Virus record (IMG/VR): IMGVR_UViG_2643221571_000003
Span: 1 to 64,000 of that record
DNA length: 64,000 nt
Direction: 5' to 3' (one strand)
Origin: an uncultured virus (IMG/VR IMGVR_UViG_2643221571_000003)
Lineage: Duplodnaviria; Heunggongvirae; Uroviricota; Caudoviricetes
Shown: positions 34,973 through 45,350 of the stretch, one piece after another
Layout: each line of letters opens with the position of its first letter
Position numbering within the stretch: the stretch's first letter is position 1
Made by a program: the position numbers and the translations under genes
Notes under the pieces: model-generated
Seen by the model: the letters and a program-made list of their open reading frames with translations, nothing else
Told to the model about the DNA's origin: nothing
The model's database searches: none

Positions 34973-35434
34973 ATGGCAGCTCTAAGCAGTGAGGTGAAGA
35001 CCTTTGTAGTACAGGCTCTCGCTTGCTTCGATACGCCTTCTCAGGTGGTTGAGGCGGTCCAGAAAGAATTCAGCTTGAGCATCACCCGCCAGCAGGTCGA
35101 ATCACACGACCCGACGAAGGTTTCAGGTAAGAAACTTGCGGACAGATGGAAGACCCTTTTTGAACAGACCAGAAAGCGTTTCCGCGAAGAGACTGAAGAC
35201 ATACCCATTGCCAACCGCGCCTTTCGCCTCCGCGCGATGAACCGCTTTGTGGAGAAGGCTGAGTCGATGAAGAACATCGGCCTGGCCATGCAGATCCTCG
35301 AACAGGCCGCGAAGGAAGCCGGCGACATCTACGTCAACCGGGCCCGGAAGGAAGAGGTTGGCGATGAACCGGTGATCCCGACCCGCATCCAGGTCGACGT
35401 GGTGGATGCGAGGAAGCCGAATGCCGAGCCTTAA
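34973..35434 (+). CDS. Terminase small subunit (DUF2280)
   Basis: LACFDTPSQV, HDPTK, IPIANRAFRL. Confidence 0.85.
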   Translation: MAALSSEVKTFVVQALACFDTPSQVVEAVQKEFSLSITRQQVESHDPTKVSGKKLADRWKTLFEQTRKRFREETEDIPIANRAFRLRAMNRFVEKAESMKNIGLAMQILEQAAKEAGDIYVNRARKEEVGDEPVIPTRIQVDVVDARKPNAEP

Positions 35435-36722
35435 CGTTCCCCAGGCTCAGTTCCTCACACTGCCCCACAAGTTTCGTGCATTCGTTGCCGGGTTCGGCTC
35501 AGGTAAGACCTGGGTAGGCTGCTCGGCACTGAGCAAGCACTTCATGGAGTGGCCCGGCGTCAACGCTGGTTACTTCGCACCGACTTACCCGCAGATCCGA
35601 GACATCTTCTATCCGACCATGGATGAGGTGGCCTACGACTGGGGATTGAAGACCAAGATCAACCAGGCGAACCACGAAGTTCACATTTACAGCGGCCGGC
35701 AGTACCGCGGCACTGTGATATGCCGCTCGATGGAGAAGCCCCAGACCATCGTCGGCTTCAAGATCGGTCAGGCCCTGGTAGATGAGCTGGACGTGATGAG
35801 CTTGCTGAAGGCTCAGCAGGCCTGGCGCAAAATCATTGCCCGGATGCGTTACAACCTGCCCGGACTGAAGAACGGGGTGGACGTCACTACTACGCCTGAG
35901 GGCTTCAAGTTCGTTTATCAGCAGTTCGTGAAGCAGTTGCGCGACAAGCCAGTGCTTAACGACATGTACGGCCTGGTGCAGGCCAGCACGTTCGACAACG
36001 AGCTGAACCTGCCGGACGACTACATCGCCTCCCTGATGGAGTCGTATCCGCCGCAACTGATCCAGGCCTATCTCCGTGGTCAGTTCGTCAACCTGACGTC
36101 CGGCACGATCTACACGGCCTATGACCGAAAGCTCAACGGATGCTTCGACACCGTGCAGCCCGGCGAACCACTGTTCATTGGGATGGACTTCAACGTCGGC
36201 AAGATGGCAGCGATCACCCACGTTAAGCGCGACCAGGGGTTGCCCAGGGCTGTGGATGAGCTGATCGACGGCTACGACACGCCCGACATGATCCGTCGCA
36301 TCAAAGAGCGCTACTGGCAGCACGACGGCAACGACTTCAAGAAGACGTGCGAGATCAGGATCTACCCGGATGCCTCTGGCGATTCGCGCAAGTCTGTGAA
36401 CGCGAGCATCACCGACCTTGCCATGCTCAAGCAGGCCGGGTTCGCGGTCATCGCTCCAGCGGTAAACCCGCCGGTGAAGGACCGAATCAACGCAATGAAC
36501 GCCGTCTTCTGCAATGCGCAGGGCGAGCGCCGCTACCTGGTCAACCCGCTCACCTGCCCAACCTATGCCGACGGCCTGGAGCAGCAGGTGTGGGGCGCGA
36601 ACGGAGAGCCAGACAAAACCGTCGGCATCGATCACGCGAACGACGCCGGCGGCTACTTCATCCACCGCGAGTACCCGATCATCAAACCGGTCACCGCCAT
36701 CAAAATGGGATACGCCCGATGA
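35421..36722 (+). CDS. Terminase large subunit
   Basis: GFGSGKT Walker A, VDELD Walker B, TTTPEG, GMDFN, DHANDA. Confidence 0.95.
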   Translation: MPSLNVPQAQFLTLPHKFRAFVAGFGSGKTWVGCSALSKHFMEWPGVNAGYFAPTYPQIRDIFYPTMDEVAYDWGLKTKINQANHEVHIYSGRQYRGTVICRSMEKPQTIVGFKIGQALVDELDVMSLLKAQQAWRKIIARMRYNLPGLKNGVDVTTTPEGFKFVYQQFVKQLRDKPVLNDMYGLVQASTFDNELNLPDDYIASLMESYPPQLIQAYLRGQFVNLTSGTIYTAYDRKLNGCFDTVQPGEPLFIGMDFNVGKMAAITHVKRDQGLPRAVDELIDGYDTPDMIRRIKERYWQHDGNDFKKTCEIRIYPDASGDSRKSVNASITDLAMLKQAGFAVIAPAVNPPVKDRINAMNAVFCNAQGERRYLVNPLTCPTYADGLEQQVWGANGEPDKTVGIDHANDAGGYFIHREYPIIKPVTAIKMGYAR

Positions 36723-38137
36723 GCAACGACGTCTCCTTCAAGCGGGCGGAATACACGGCAGTGCTGGACCGCTGGGCGACAGTTCGCGACGTCTGCGCGG
36801 GCCAGCACCGGGTTGTAGATCGGCTGCCGTATATCAACGCACACGACAAGTCGCCGGAAAATCAGGACCGGAACCGAGCCTACCGCGAGCGCGCCGTATT
36901 CAAGAATGCCACTGGGCATACTCGTAACGGTTTGCTCGGCTTGGCCTTCCACAAAGATCCGACACTTAAGGTGCCGAAGAAGCTGGAGTACCTGCAAGAC
37001 AACGCCAACGGCTCTGGCGTGAGCATTTATCAGCACTCCCAGGGCACGCTGGAGAAGGTGCTCGAGGCTGGCCGGCATGGTTTGTATGTCGACTATCACC
37101 AGGACGACGATATCGGCGGGCATGCGGTGATCCTCACTTACTGCGCCGAAGAAGTCATCAACTGGCGCACCGGCATGGTGAACGGTCATAGCGTGCTGAC
37201 CCTGGTGGTGCTGAAGGAATCGCCGGAAATTCCTGATGGCTTCGGCTTCAAGACGGTTGAGCAGTACCGGGAGCTGGCCTTGGAGGAAGACGGCTTCGTT
37301 TGTCGAGTATGGCGCCGGTCAGGACCTGAGACTGGCGGGCCACTGGCGGTTACGGAAGAATTCCGCCCGACAGGTGCTGGCGGCCGACTGAGGGAGATCC
37401 CGTTTACCTTTGTTGGTGCACAGAACAACGACCCGAGCATTGACGAGTCGCCTCTCTACGACATCGCCATGATCAACCTGGGCCACTACCGGAACAGCGC
37501 TGACTACGAAGACAGCGTGTTCTGGTGCGGCCAGGCACAGCCGTGGATCAGTGGGCTCGACGAGTCCTGGCGCGACTGGATGGAGAAAAACGGCATCTAT
37601 GTAGGCTCAAGAGCCCCAATGATGCTGCCCGTTGGGGGCGCATTCGGGTACGCGCAGCCCACGCCCAACACCCTGGTCAAGGAGGCCATGGCCGATAAGA
37701 ACCAGATGATGATCGAGCTGGGCGCCCGGATGGTGGTGGCTTCGCTTGCGACCAAGACCGCAACCGAGTCCCGTGGCGATCAATCAGCATCTACATCGGT
37801 TCTTGCTGGATGCGTGGCCAACGTGAGTGAGGCCTATACGCGAGCCATCATGTGGTGTTGCACCTACATGGGTATTGCCGACAAGAAGGTCGCCTACCAA
37901 GTTAATCAGGAATTCGTCGAGCTCACTGCTGATCCGCAAATGATCACGGCCTTGGTTGGCTTGTGGCAAAACGGCGGATTCGCCAAGGCTGACTTGCGGG
38001 CTTACCTGCGCAAGCTTGGATTGATCGCACCAGAGCGCACTGACGTGCAAATCGACGGCGAGCTGGAAGAGCAGGGCGATGGTCTGGGGCTGGACGATGA
38101 GGACAAAGTAGATGGCAGCGAACCAGGCAATACTTGA
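36719..38137 (+). CDS. Portal protein (DUF4055)
   Basis: Follows TerL; IPFTFVG, PLYDIA-INLGHY-NSADYE. Confidence 0.85.
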   Translation: MSNDVSFKRAEYTAVLDRWATVRDVCAGQHRVVDRLPYINAHDKSPENQDRNRAYRERAVFKNATGHTRNGLLGLAFHKDPTLKVPKKLEYLQDNANGSGVSIYQHSQGTLEKVLEAGRHGLYVDYHQDDDIGGHAVILTYCAEEVINWRTGMVNGHSVLTLVVLKESPEIPDGFGFKTVEQYRELALEEDGFVCRVWRRSGPETGGPLAVTEEFRPTGAGGRLREIPFTFVGAQNNDPSIDESPLYDIAMINLGHYRNSADYEDSVFWCGQAQPWISGLDESWRDWMEKNGIYVGSRAPMMLPVGGAFGYAQPTPNTLVKEAMADKNQMMIELGARMVVASLATKTATESRGDQSASTSVLAGCVANVSEAYTRAIMWCCTYMGIADKKVAYQVNQEFVELTADPQMITALVGLWQNGGFAKADLRAYLRKLGLIAPERTDVQIDGELEEQGDGLGLDDEDKVDGSEPGNT

Positions 38138-39197
38138 CGCCACCATCCGGCACGCGGTGTTCCTCGAAAAGCTCAAGGCCGGGGAGGTGGGCAAGTTCGC
38201 TCCCTTCCTCAAGGAGATTGACCGCTCTATCCGCGACCGGCTCACCCAGTCGGACCTGACCGAGTACAACGTCAAGCGCCTGGAAGCGCTGCTGAAGGAG
38301 GTCGACAGCCTGTTACTGGGCATCTTCGACCGGTACAGCGCCCAACTAAACCTCGACTTGGTGGATATCGCCAATTACGAGGCTGAATTCGAGGCGACCA
38401 GCCTTGCCAGGTCGGCGCCGGTTGGCGTTTCGCTGGATGTGGTCGCGCCGACCGCCGCTGCAATCCGTACCGCGGTACTGACCAGCCCGCTCAGCGTGCG
38501 CGGTACCGGTGGCGGCAAGCTGTTGAAAGCCTTCATCAAGGGCTGGACCGGCGCCGAACGTGAGCGCGTCACCGGCACCATACGGCAGAGTTTCTTCGAA
38601 GGGCAGACGAACTTCCATATCATCCGCAACATTCGCGGCACCAAGGCGGCAGGGTACAAAGACGGCATCCTGGCTATCACCAACCGCAACGCCAGTACGG
38701 TCGTGCATACCGCGATCCAGCATGTGTCGTCACAGGCGCGAATGGAAGTGGCCAAGGCGAACACGGACATCGTGTCCGAGATCCAAATCGTTGCAACGCT
38801 GGACAGCAAGACCAGCCAGCAATGCCGCTCACTGGATGGCCGCAGGTTCCCTGTTGAGTCTGGCCCAAGGCCGCCATTTCACCCGAATTGCCGAACCACG
38901 TTCATCATGCTGACCAGGCTCAGCGAACTTTTCGCCAAGGACGCCACACGGGCATCTGTAGGCGCTGACGGAGGTAGGCAGGTAAACGCCAGTCTCGACT
39001 ACTACCACTGGCTACAGCAGCAGCCAGCAGCGTTTCAGGATTCCGCAATCGGTCCTGTTCGAGCAAAGCTGTTCCGGGAGGGTGGATTAACCGTCGAGCG
39101 ATTCACCGAACTGCAGCTTGATCGCAACTTTGCGCCGTTAACACTCGCCCAGATGAAGGTTTTGGAGCCTCTGGCATTTGAGCAGGCGGGCGTGTGA
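38112..39197 (+). CDS. Head morphogenesis protein (Mu gpF/SPP1 gp7-like)
   Basis: ATLDSKTS--CRSLDG...PPFHPNCRT. Confidence 0.9.
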   Translation: MAANQAILDATIRHAVFLEKLKAGEVGKFAPFLKEIDRSIRDRLTQSDLTEYNVKRLEALLKEVDSLLLGIFDRYSAQLNLDLVDIANYEAEFEATSLARSAPVGVSLDVVAPTAAAIRTAVLTSPLSVRGTGGGKLLKAFIKGWTGAERERVTGTIRQSFFEGQTNFHIIRNIRGTKAAGYKDGILAITNRNASTVVHTAIQHVSSQARMEVAKANTDIVSEIQIVATLDSKTSQQCRSLDGRRFPVESGPRPPFHPNCRTTFIMLTRLSELFAKDATRASVGADGGRQVNASLDYYHWLQQQPAAFQDSAIGPVRAKLFREGGLTVERFTELQLDRNFAPLTLAQMKVLEPLAFEQAGV

Positions 39198-39275
39198 AAA
39201 GCATGCAAACCCCTGCAAAAATGATGCTTTTTGTGATGTTAGCCTTTCGTAAACCCAAAACGAGAGGTGGCAACC

Positions 39276-39515
39276 ATGCATTCACAGTCCCAACAGGATT
39301 TTGATCACACCGTTGACTTTGTGCTCAACACTCTGCGCCTTGCGCGAGATCCCCGGTGGTTAACCAGTAGTGTCCCTGTAATCGGTGATGCTGCAAAAGA
39401 TCCTGAAAAGCTGCTCAAGAGAGTTAGGGAGGTAGCCGAAGCTAACGGATTTGGTTACGTGGGGTTAGCGATTCTAGGGGGAGATCGCATCGCGTTTAAC
39501 GGATCAAAAGACTGA
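39276..39515 (+). CDS. Small moron protein
   Basis: GAGG RBS; followed by a terminator near 39552-39577. Confidence 0.5.
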   Translation: MHSQSQQDFDHTVDFVLNTLRLARDPRWLTSSVPVIGDAAKDPEKLLKRVREVAEANGFGYVGLAILGGDRIAFNGSKD

Positions 39516-39621
39516 CAGGGATAGCTCTATACCGACATTCGATTCAATCACAGCCTCGGCATATGTCGGGGCTTTTTGTTGCCTGCAAAGCGGGCGAAAC
39601 ATACCCGAGGGGTGCATCAAC

Positions 39622-40350
39622 GTGGCAGAAGAAAACGAAATCGACCTGGAAAACCCGGCAATCAAGGCCGCTATCGCGACTGCCGTTGAAGCATCCGTTT
39701 CCGGTTTGAAGACCAAGAACTCGGAACTGCTGGGCAAGCTGAAGGAAACCTCCGGCAAGCTGACCCAGTTCGAAACCCAGTTTGAGGGCATCGACATCGA
39801 CGCCGTCAAAGGCCTGCTCAGCCGTGCTGGCCAGGACGAAGAAACCAAGCTGCTGACCGAGGGCAAGGTGGACGAAGTGTTCAACCGCCGCACTGAGCGC
39901 CTGCGCGGTGACTACGACAAGCAACTGAAGGCCATCAGCGAGCGTGCCGAGAAGGCTGAGTCCTTCGCTGCGAAGTTCCAGGGCAAAGTCCTGGGCGACT
40001 CGGTGCGCGGTGCAGCACTGAAGGCTGGTGCGCTCCCCGAAGCAACAGACGACATCATCCTGCGCGCCAAAGGAGTGTTCACCCTCAACGAAGATGGCGA
40101 TGCAGTCGCCGTTGATGAATCCGGCCAGGTCATCCTCGGTAAAGACGGCAAGACCCCTCTGACTCCGCTCGAATGGGCCGAGTCTCTGCGCGAAAGCGCA
40201 CCTCATCTGTGGCCAAGGGCTTCAGGGACATTTGCCCCGGGCGGGGGTGGCGGCAAGGCTGCATTCAAGCGCTCCGAAATGACCTCCGAGCAGAAGCGCG
40301 ACTTTCAGCGCAAGCACGGCCAAACCGCATATCTCGCATTGCCCAAGTAA
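39622..40350 (+). CDS. Capsid scaffolding protein
   Basis: Coiled coil upstream of the capsid gene; GLKTKNSELL. Confidence 0.8.
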   Translation: MAEENEIDLENPAIKAAIATAVEASVSGLKTKNSELLGKLKETSGKLTQFETQFEGIDIDAVKGLLSRAGQDEETKLLTEGKVDEVFNRRTERLRGDYDKQLKAISERAEKAESFAAKFQGKVLGDSVRGAALKAGALPEATDDIILRAKGVFTLNEDGDAVAVDESGQVILGKDGKTPLTPLEWAESLRESAPHLWPRASGTFAPGGGGGKAAFKRSEMTSEQKRDFQRKHGQTAYLALPK

Positions 40351-40362
40351 GGGGATTGACCC

Positions 40363-41328
40363 ATGGCTACAACCGTTAACAGCGACCTGATCATCTACAA
40401 CGATGAGGCGCAAACCGCATACCTGGAGCGTGTCCAGGACAACCTGGATGTATTCAACGCATCGTCCAACGGCGCAATGGTGCTGGACAATGAACTGATT
40501 GAAGGCGACTTCCGCAAGCGCGCCCTCTACAAGCTGAACGGCTCTCTGGAGCACCGCGACGTCAACTCGGACGGCAAGGTAACAGCCAAGAAGATCAGCG
40601 CCGGCGAAGCTGTCGGCGTCAAGGCTCCATGGAAGTACGGCCCGTACCAGACCACCGAAGAGGCGTTCAAGCGCCGCGGTCGTCCGGTCGAGGAGTTCTC
40701 CCAGATCGTCGGTGCCGACGTTGCTGACGCGACCCTGGAAGGCTTCATCCAGTACGCAACTGCTGGCCTGCGTGCTGCGATCGGCTCCAACGCTGACATG
40801 GTAGTTTCGGCCAACATCGAAACCGATGGCAAGAAGACGCTGACTCGCGGCATGCGCAAGTTCGGCGACAAGTTCGGCCGTATTGCTCTGTGGGTCATGC
40901 ACTCCAGCGCCTACTTCGACATCGTCGACGAAGCCATCACCAACAAGATCTACGAAGAAGCTGGCGTTGTGATCTACGGTGGCCTGCCGGGCACTCTGGG
41001 CAAGCCTGTACTGGTGACCGACACCGCGCCGGCGGACGTGATCTTCGGCTTGCTGCCAAACGCGGTAACCATCACCGAGTCGCAGGCGCCAGGCTTCCGT
41101 TCCTACGAAGTGAACGACGAAGAAAACCTGAGCATCGGCTACCGGGCCGAAGGCACCGTGAATATCGATGTGCTGGGTTACAGCTGGAAAGCCACCACTG
41201 GCGGTTCCAACCCAACCCTGGCCGCCGTCGGCTCCGCTGCCAACTGGGTCAAACACGCGGGAAGCAACAAGGTCACCGCTGGCGTGATGATCACGCTGAC
41301 CGCAACGCCTCCAGTTACTGGCGGTTAA
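40363..41328 (+). CDS. Major capsid protein
   Basis: Size, position, strong codon bias; TLGKPVLVTD. Confidence 0.85.
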   Translation: MATTVNSDLIIYNDEAQTAYLERVQDNLDVFNASSNGAMVLDNELIEGDFRKRALYKLNGSLEHRDVNSDGKVTAKKISAGEAVGVKAPWKYGPYQTTEEAFKRRGRPVEEFSQIVGADVADATLEGFIQYATAGLRAAIGSNADMVVSANIETDGKKTLTRGMRKFGDKFGRIALWVMHSSAYFDIVDEAITNKIYEEAGVVIYGGLPGTLGKPVLVTDTAPADVIFGLLPNAVTITESQAPGFRSYEVNDEENLSIGYRAEGTVNIDVLGYSWKATTGGSNPTLAAVGSAANWVKHAGSNKVTAGVMITLTATPPVTGG

Positions 41329-41375
41329 GCCCCAAACTCAACGCGCGGTCAGCGATGGCCGCCTTGGAGAAACAC

Positions 41376-41960
41376 ATGGAACTGACTTACAGCAACCAGC
41401 TGAGCGGCTTCGATCCGGAGAAGCGTTACCGCAATCCGGAACATTTCGATAAGCCTGAAGCTGGTGTGACCAGCGTGCTGGTGATTGGCGATTGGCCGAG
41501 CGTGGTCGATGCGTATGAAGCGGCCGGTATCGACGTGTCGGTGAAAGAGGCTAAACGGGTGCAAATTGTTGGCGCGGGCAATCAAGCCGAACTGGAAAAG
41601 GTGATCGCGGCTTTGCGTGCTGAGCATGGATCAATCCAGATCCTTGTTGACGGCCTGGAAGCTGGCGAAATCCATCGTCCAGAGTCCGGCGACCTGGCGT
41701 TGCGCTTGTTTGACGTGCTGGGCACCATCCATGCTTCGGTTGATGAGTTGACCACTGAACGTGACGGCCTGGCCTTGACTGTCGACGCACTTCGCGGAGA
41801 GGTTGAAGCGCTCAAGAAGTCTGCCCTCACGCCGCCGGCTGACGAGGCCGGTGAAATCGCGGCGCTGAAAGCAACGCTCGACGAAGCCAAGGTCCAGTAT
41901 CGGGCAAACGCCTCCAAAGAATCCTTGGAAAAGCTCGTCGCTGAGCTGCCCAAGGCGTAA
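41376..41960 (+). CDS. Head-associated protein with HeH/LEM-like C-terminus
   Basis: C-terminal LKATLDEAKVQY-ANASKE-L. Confidence 0.65.
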   Translation: MELTYSNQLSGFDPEKRYRNPEHFDKPEAGVTSVLVIGDWPSVVDAYEAAGIDVSVKEAKRVQIVGAGNQAELEKVIAALRAEHGSIQILVDGLEAGEIHRPESGDLALRLFDVLGTIHASVDELTTERDGLALTVDALRGEVEALKKSALTPPADEAGEIAALKATLDEAKVQYRANASKESLEKLVAELPKA

Positions 41961-42019
41961 TACTGCTGGCTGCCGGCGACCCGGTGGCCAATTTTCAAAC
42001 CATTCCAGCGAGTTGACGC

Positions 42020-42523
42020 ATGACACTCATCATCGAGGACGGTACCGGCAAGCCTGACGCCGAAAGCTACGCGAGCGCCGAGGATCTGGCCATGTATGCC
42101 GTGAAGTTCGGCACGGTCATCCCCGAAGGTGTTCCAGCGCAGGAAGCGTTGCTGCGACGGGCCGCGCTAGCGATGGATGGCATGACCTGGAAGGGGCGCA
42201 AGACACACAGCGAGCAGGGGCTGGCCTGGCCGCGCCGGGAAGTGTCGCTGGATCATGAAATTAAGCCGAACAACTACCTTCCTGCGCGGATCCAGTACGG
42301 TCAAATGGCCCTGGCCGCCGAAATCCATCAGGACGACATAGACCCAATCGACAAGCGCAAGGGCGCTGTGACGCTAGAGCGCGTCGAAGGAGCGGTAACC
42401 CGCGAATACGCGACGATCTCCAACACCAGCGGCCGATTATTGCCGGCGGCGCCGGATCGTCCCAGTGCTACGCAGTTTGCCGACTATCTACAAAAGCGCG
42501 GGCTGTTTGCTGTTAGGGCTTAG
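42020..42523 (+). CDS. Head-tail adaptor (DnaT-like annotated family)
   Basis: IIEDGTG-PDAESY, Q-LAWPR. Confidence 0.75.
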   Translation: MTLIIEDGTGKPDAESYASAEDLAMYAVKFGTVIPEGVPAQEALLRRAALAMDGMTWKGRKTHSEQGLAWPRREVSLDHEIKPNNYLPARIQYGQMALAAEIHQDDIDPIDKRKGAVTLERVEGAVTREYATISNTSGRLLPAAPDRPSATQFADYLQKRGLFAVRA

Positions 42524-42826
42524 TCAGTCGTTGGATAATTCATACATGTCCAGAAACGGATACGCATTTCTGATGGCCTGATCTCCATCTTTAATAGTCC
42601 TCACAGCCTTATCTAATTTATCGAAAGACACGGGCTGGTCTAAAGGGAAGTCTCGCTCTGCCATTTCCTTAGAAGCTTTGGCGCCAAACCCTGTCTTTTC
42701 AAAGGCAGTTTGATAGGAATTTCTCGCCTTGAACTTGTCTTCAAGGCTTTTCCCTGTGCCGCTGGTATTTTCACGAATCTCTCGCGAAGCGCGGTTTAGG
42801 TCGTCACTTATTGTTCCGTAATTCAT
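42524..42826 (-). CDS. Antisense moron, hypothetical
   Basis: AAGGAGG RBS; AT-rich; inserted between connector genes. Confidence 0.6.
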   Translation of the reverse strand: MNYGTISDDLNRASREIRENTSGTGKSLEDKFKARNSYQTAFEKTGFGAKASKEMAERDFPLDQPVSFDKLDKAVRTIKDGDQAIRNAYPFLDMYELSND

Positions 42827-42849
42827 ATTTCCTCCTTGGACAATTGAGC

Positions 42850-43218
42850 ATGGCATTCTACGATGAAATGGCCGTGATGGCTCTGGAGATGATCACAGAG
42901 CTCGGTCAGGCCGTGACTATAAGCAAGACGGAACCCGGTGAGTATGATCCGGAGACGGGCGGCGAAGCGCCAGGCGCAACCGTCGAGCAAATCGCCCAAG
43001 GCATCCTGCTCGACTTCACCGGCCAAGAATTCCAAAACAACGGCCTCATCAAGCAGGGCGACAAGAAGCTCAAGATCGCCGCGCAAGGATTGGCTTGGGT
43101 ACCGGGTCTGCTCGACAAAGTCGTAGCCCAAGGCCGCACCTGGTCGATCGTCCCGCCGCTGAAAGAGGTTAACCCCGCCGGCACCCCGATCCTGTATGAA
43201 CTGCAGGTGCGGTCGTGA
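42850..43218 (+). CDS. Head closure protein
   Basis: YDPETG, IKQGDKKL, LYELQVR. Confidence 0.75.
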   Translation: MAFYDEMAVMALEMITELGQAVTISKTEPGEYDPETGGEAPGATVEQIAQGILLDFTGQEFQNNGLIKQGDKKLKIAAQGLAWVPGLLDKVVAQGRTWSIVPPLKEVNPAGTPILYELQVRS

Positions 43219-43811
43219 GCCGGGCAGGCGCCGGCCAGTCCGGTAGCTTCGCCCTGAGCCTTGCCGAGTTCGCCGCCCAGGCCAGCGAAGCCATCGACGC
43301 TAGCTTGCGAGAAATCATCATCGAGATTGGCAGCAGCCTGATCCGCATGTCTCCCGTGGGCAACCCGGAGATCTGGGCGCAGAACGCTGTGGCGACCCAA
43401 TACAACAAGGCCGTCGACGATCACAACAGCGCGCTGCGTAGCGACCCGGCCAACCTTACAAAGGCCGGCAGGCTAAGGCCAGGGCGCAAGGTGCACGACG
43501 GCATGGACATCGTCGCACCGGCGGGCTACGTCGGCGGCAGGTTTCGCGGTAACTGGATGTTCAGTATTGGTACACCGAACAACGCCACGACCGAAGAGGT
43601 TGACCCGACAGGCACCAAGTCAACGGCGCGTATCACTGCTGGAGCTATCGAATTCAAGGCAGGCGACACCTGCTACATCACCAACAGCCTCGGTTATGCC
43701 ATCCCGCTGGAGTTCGGACACTCGACCCAGGCGCCCGGCGGTATGGTCCGGGTCACCGTGGCTCGCTTCCAGCAGATCGTGCTTGAGGCCATCAGGAACA
43801 ACCGGGTATGA
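43215..43811 (+). CDS. HK97 gp10-like neck protein
   Basis: SPVG, GRFRGNW, YA-PLEFGHS-QAP-GMVR. Confidence 0.8.
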   Translation: MSRAGAGQSGSFALSLAEFAAQASEAIDASLREIIIEIGSSLIRMSPVGNPEIWAQNAVATQYNKAVDDHNSALRSDPANLTKAGRLRPGRKVHDGMDIVAPAGYVGGRFRGNWMFSIGTPNNATTEEVDPTGTKSTARITAGAIEFKAGDTCYITNSLGYAIPLEFGHSTQAPGGMVRVTVARFQQIVLEAIRNNRV

Positions 43812-44227
43812 GTCACGCCATAATTTCCTCGATATACGAGGCCAAGCTCATCTCCTGGAACGCCGCCAGGCCAGAGAAATTGAAGATCGTTTTTGAAAAC
43901 ACGCCTTACACGCCGGCGGCAGATGAGACTTACCTTCGTGCGTTCACGATCCCCGGTGATACAGCGAGCAACACTCTGGGCGGCGATCACCGGCTGTTCA
44001 CCGGAGTATTTCAGGTGAGCATCATCGCGCCGGCGGGCACCGGCAAGACCAAAACGAATCCGATTATGGCTGAGTTGACCGGCCTGTTCCCACTGTACGT
44101 GCGAGACACGAAGAACGACTTTGTTGTCACGCCGATGACGCCGGTAGATCAGGGGCCTGGTATCACCGGCGACTCCACCTACACCGTCCCGCTGTCGTTC
44201 TCGTACCGGTCCGACACCACACCATAA
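43808..44227 (+). CDS. Tail terminator
   Basis: GVFQVSI-APAGTG; position. Confidence 0.75.
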   Translation: MSHAIISSIYEAKLISWNAARPEKLKIVFENTPYTPAADETYLRAFTIPGDTASNTLGGDHRLFTGVFQVSIIAPAGTGKTKTNPIMAELTGLFPLYVRDTKNDFVVTPMTPVDQGPGITGDSTYTVPLSFSYRSDTTP

Positions 44228-44295
44228 TCCGCCCGTTGGGCAAATCCTGAACCCGCCAAGTGCGGGTTTTGTCATTTCTGCAAAGAGGAAAACCC

Positions 44296-44967
44296 ATGTC
44301 TGTTTATTTCCCCAACGGGGCAACACTTTCGATCTCCAGCGGGTTCGCCGCCGCCAAGCTGATTTCCGCAATCAGCAACGCAAACCCGGGTGTCGCTACC
44401 AGCGCCGCGAACGGTTTTGCCAATGGCGATATTCTGCTGATCACCTCTGGCTGGGAGGACATCAACGAGCGCGCCGTGCGTGTATCCAACGCTGCCGCTG
44501 GCGCATTTACCCTGGAAGGCATCGACACATCCAATGTTGCTTTCTTCCCGGACGGCATCAGCGGCGGTACTGCCAAGAAAGTTACCGGCTGGGTAGCCGT
44601 CAATCAGGTGATCGGCAACTCCATGTCCGGCGGCGAGCAGCAGTACTGGACTTATACGCCGCTCGAGGCTCGTCGCGACAAGCAGATCCCAACCACCAAA
44701 AACGCACAGGCTTTCGCCTTCCAATTGGCTGACGATGACAGCCTGGCTTGGTACGAAGAGCTCGATAAGGCTGACCGCGAGAAGGAAGTCCGCATCCTGC
44801 GTATGTCGCTGCCCAACGGCAAAACGATTTACTACGCTGGCTACGCATCGTTCAACAAGACGCCGACCCTGGTGCGTAACGAAGGCGCCGCTGTCTCCTT
44901 CGGGTTCACCATCAACGCGGAAATCACTGCGTATCGCGCGCCTGTTGCTGCTGGCGGCGGAGCTTAA
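44296..44967 (+). CDS. Major tail tube protein
   Basis: PNGAT, ISNANP, SGGEQQY. Confidence 0.85.
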   Translation: MSVYFPNGATLSISSGFAAAKLISAISNANPGVATSAANGFANGDILLITSGWEDINERAVRVSNAAAGAFTLEGIDTSNVAFFPDGISGGTAKKVTGWVAVNQVIGNSMSGGEQQYWTYTPLEARRDKQIPTTKNAQAFAFQLADDDSLAWYEELDKADREKEVRILRMSLPNGKTIYYAGYASFNKTPTLVRNEGAAVSFGFTINAEITAYRAPVAAGGGA

Positions 44968-44969
44968 TC

Positions 44970-45350
44970 ATGGCGAAATTCAAGATTGCCCAGGCGCCGA
45001 CGTTTCTGGGCGCGGTGATGATCCCCGTCGTTGGACAGGCGCCAGTGAAGGTTGAATTCACGTTCAGGTATCGAAGCCGTATCGAATTGGCGGCCCTGTT
45101 CGATGAGTGGAATCAGCGGCGCAAGGACGGCCAAGAGCGCTTTGGTGAAAATCCAACGGTATCGGAAATTATTGCCGTGGATACCGAAAACCAGATGCAG
45201 CAAATCAAGGATCTGGTCGTAGGCTGGGAGTTCGACGACAAGTTCGATGACGAGAGCATCAAGGCTTTGGTGACTTCGTGTCATGGGACGACCGAGGCCG
45301 TCGTGGATGCGTACCAGACAGCTTTCGCCAAGGCTCGCACGGGAAACTGA
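44970..45350 (+). CDS. Tail assembly chaperone (gpG)
   Basis: Follows tail tube; ends at GGGAAAC slippery site. Confidence 0.85.
   Translation: MAKFKIAQAPTFLGAVMIPVVGQAPVKVEFTFRYRSRIELAALFDEWNQRRKDGQERFGENPTVSEIIAVDTENQMQQIKDLVVGWEFDDKFDDESIKALVTSCHGTTEAVVDAYQTAFAKARTGN

Noticed and set aside
35499..36665. 388-aa minus-strand ORF and similar long antisense ORFs (40222-41256, 52987-54042, 25479-26351)
   Set aside because: Shadow frames of well-supported genes in GC-rich DNA; no motifs
36347..36718. Long N-terminal extensions in the ORF track (portal, 40890 ORF, MTase, cI, recombinase)
   Set aside because: They overlap upstream genes or regulatory DNA; downstream ATGs fit family starts better
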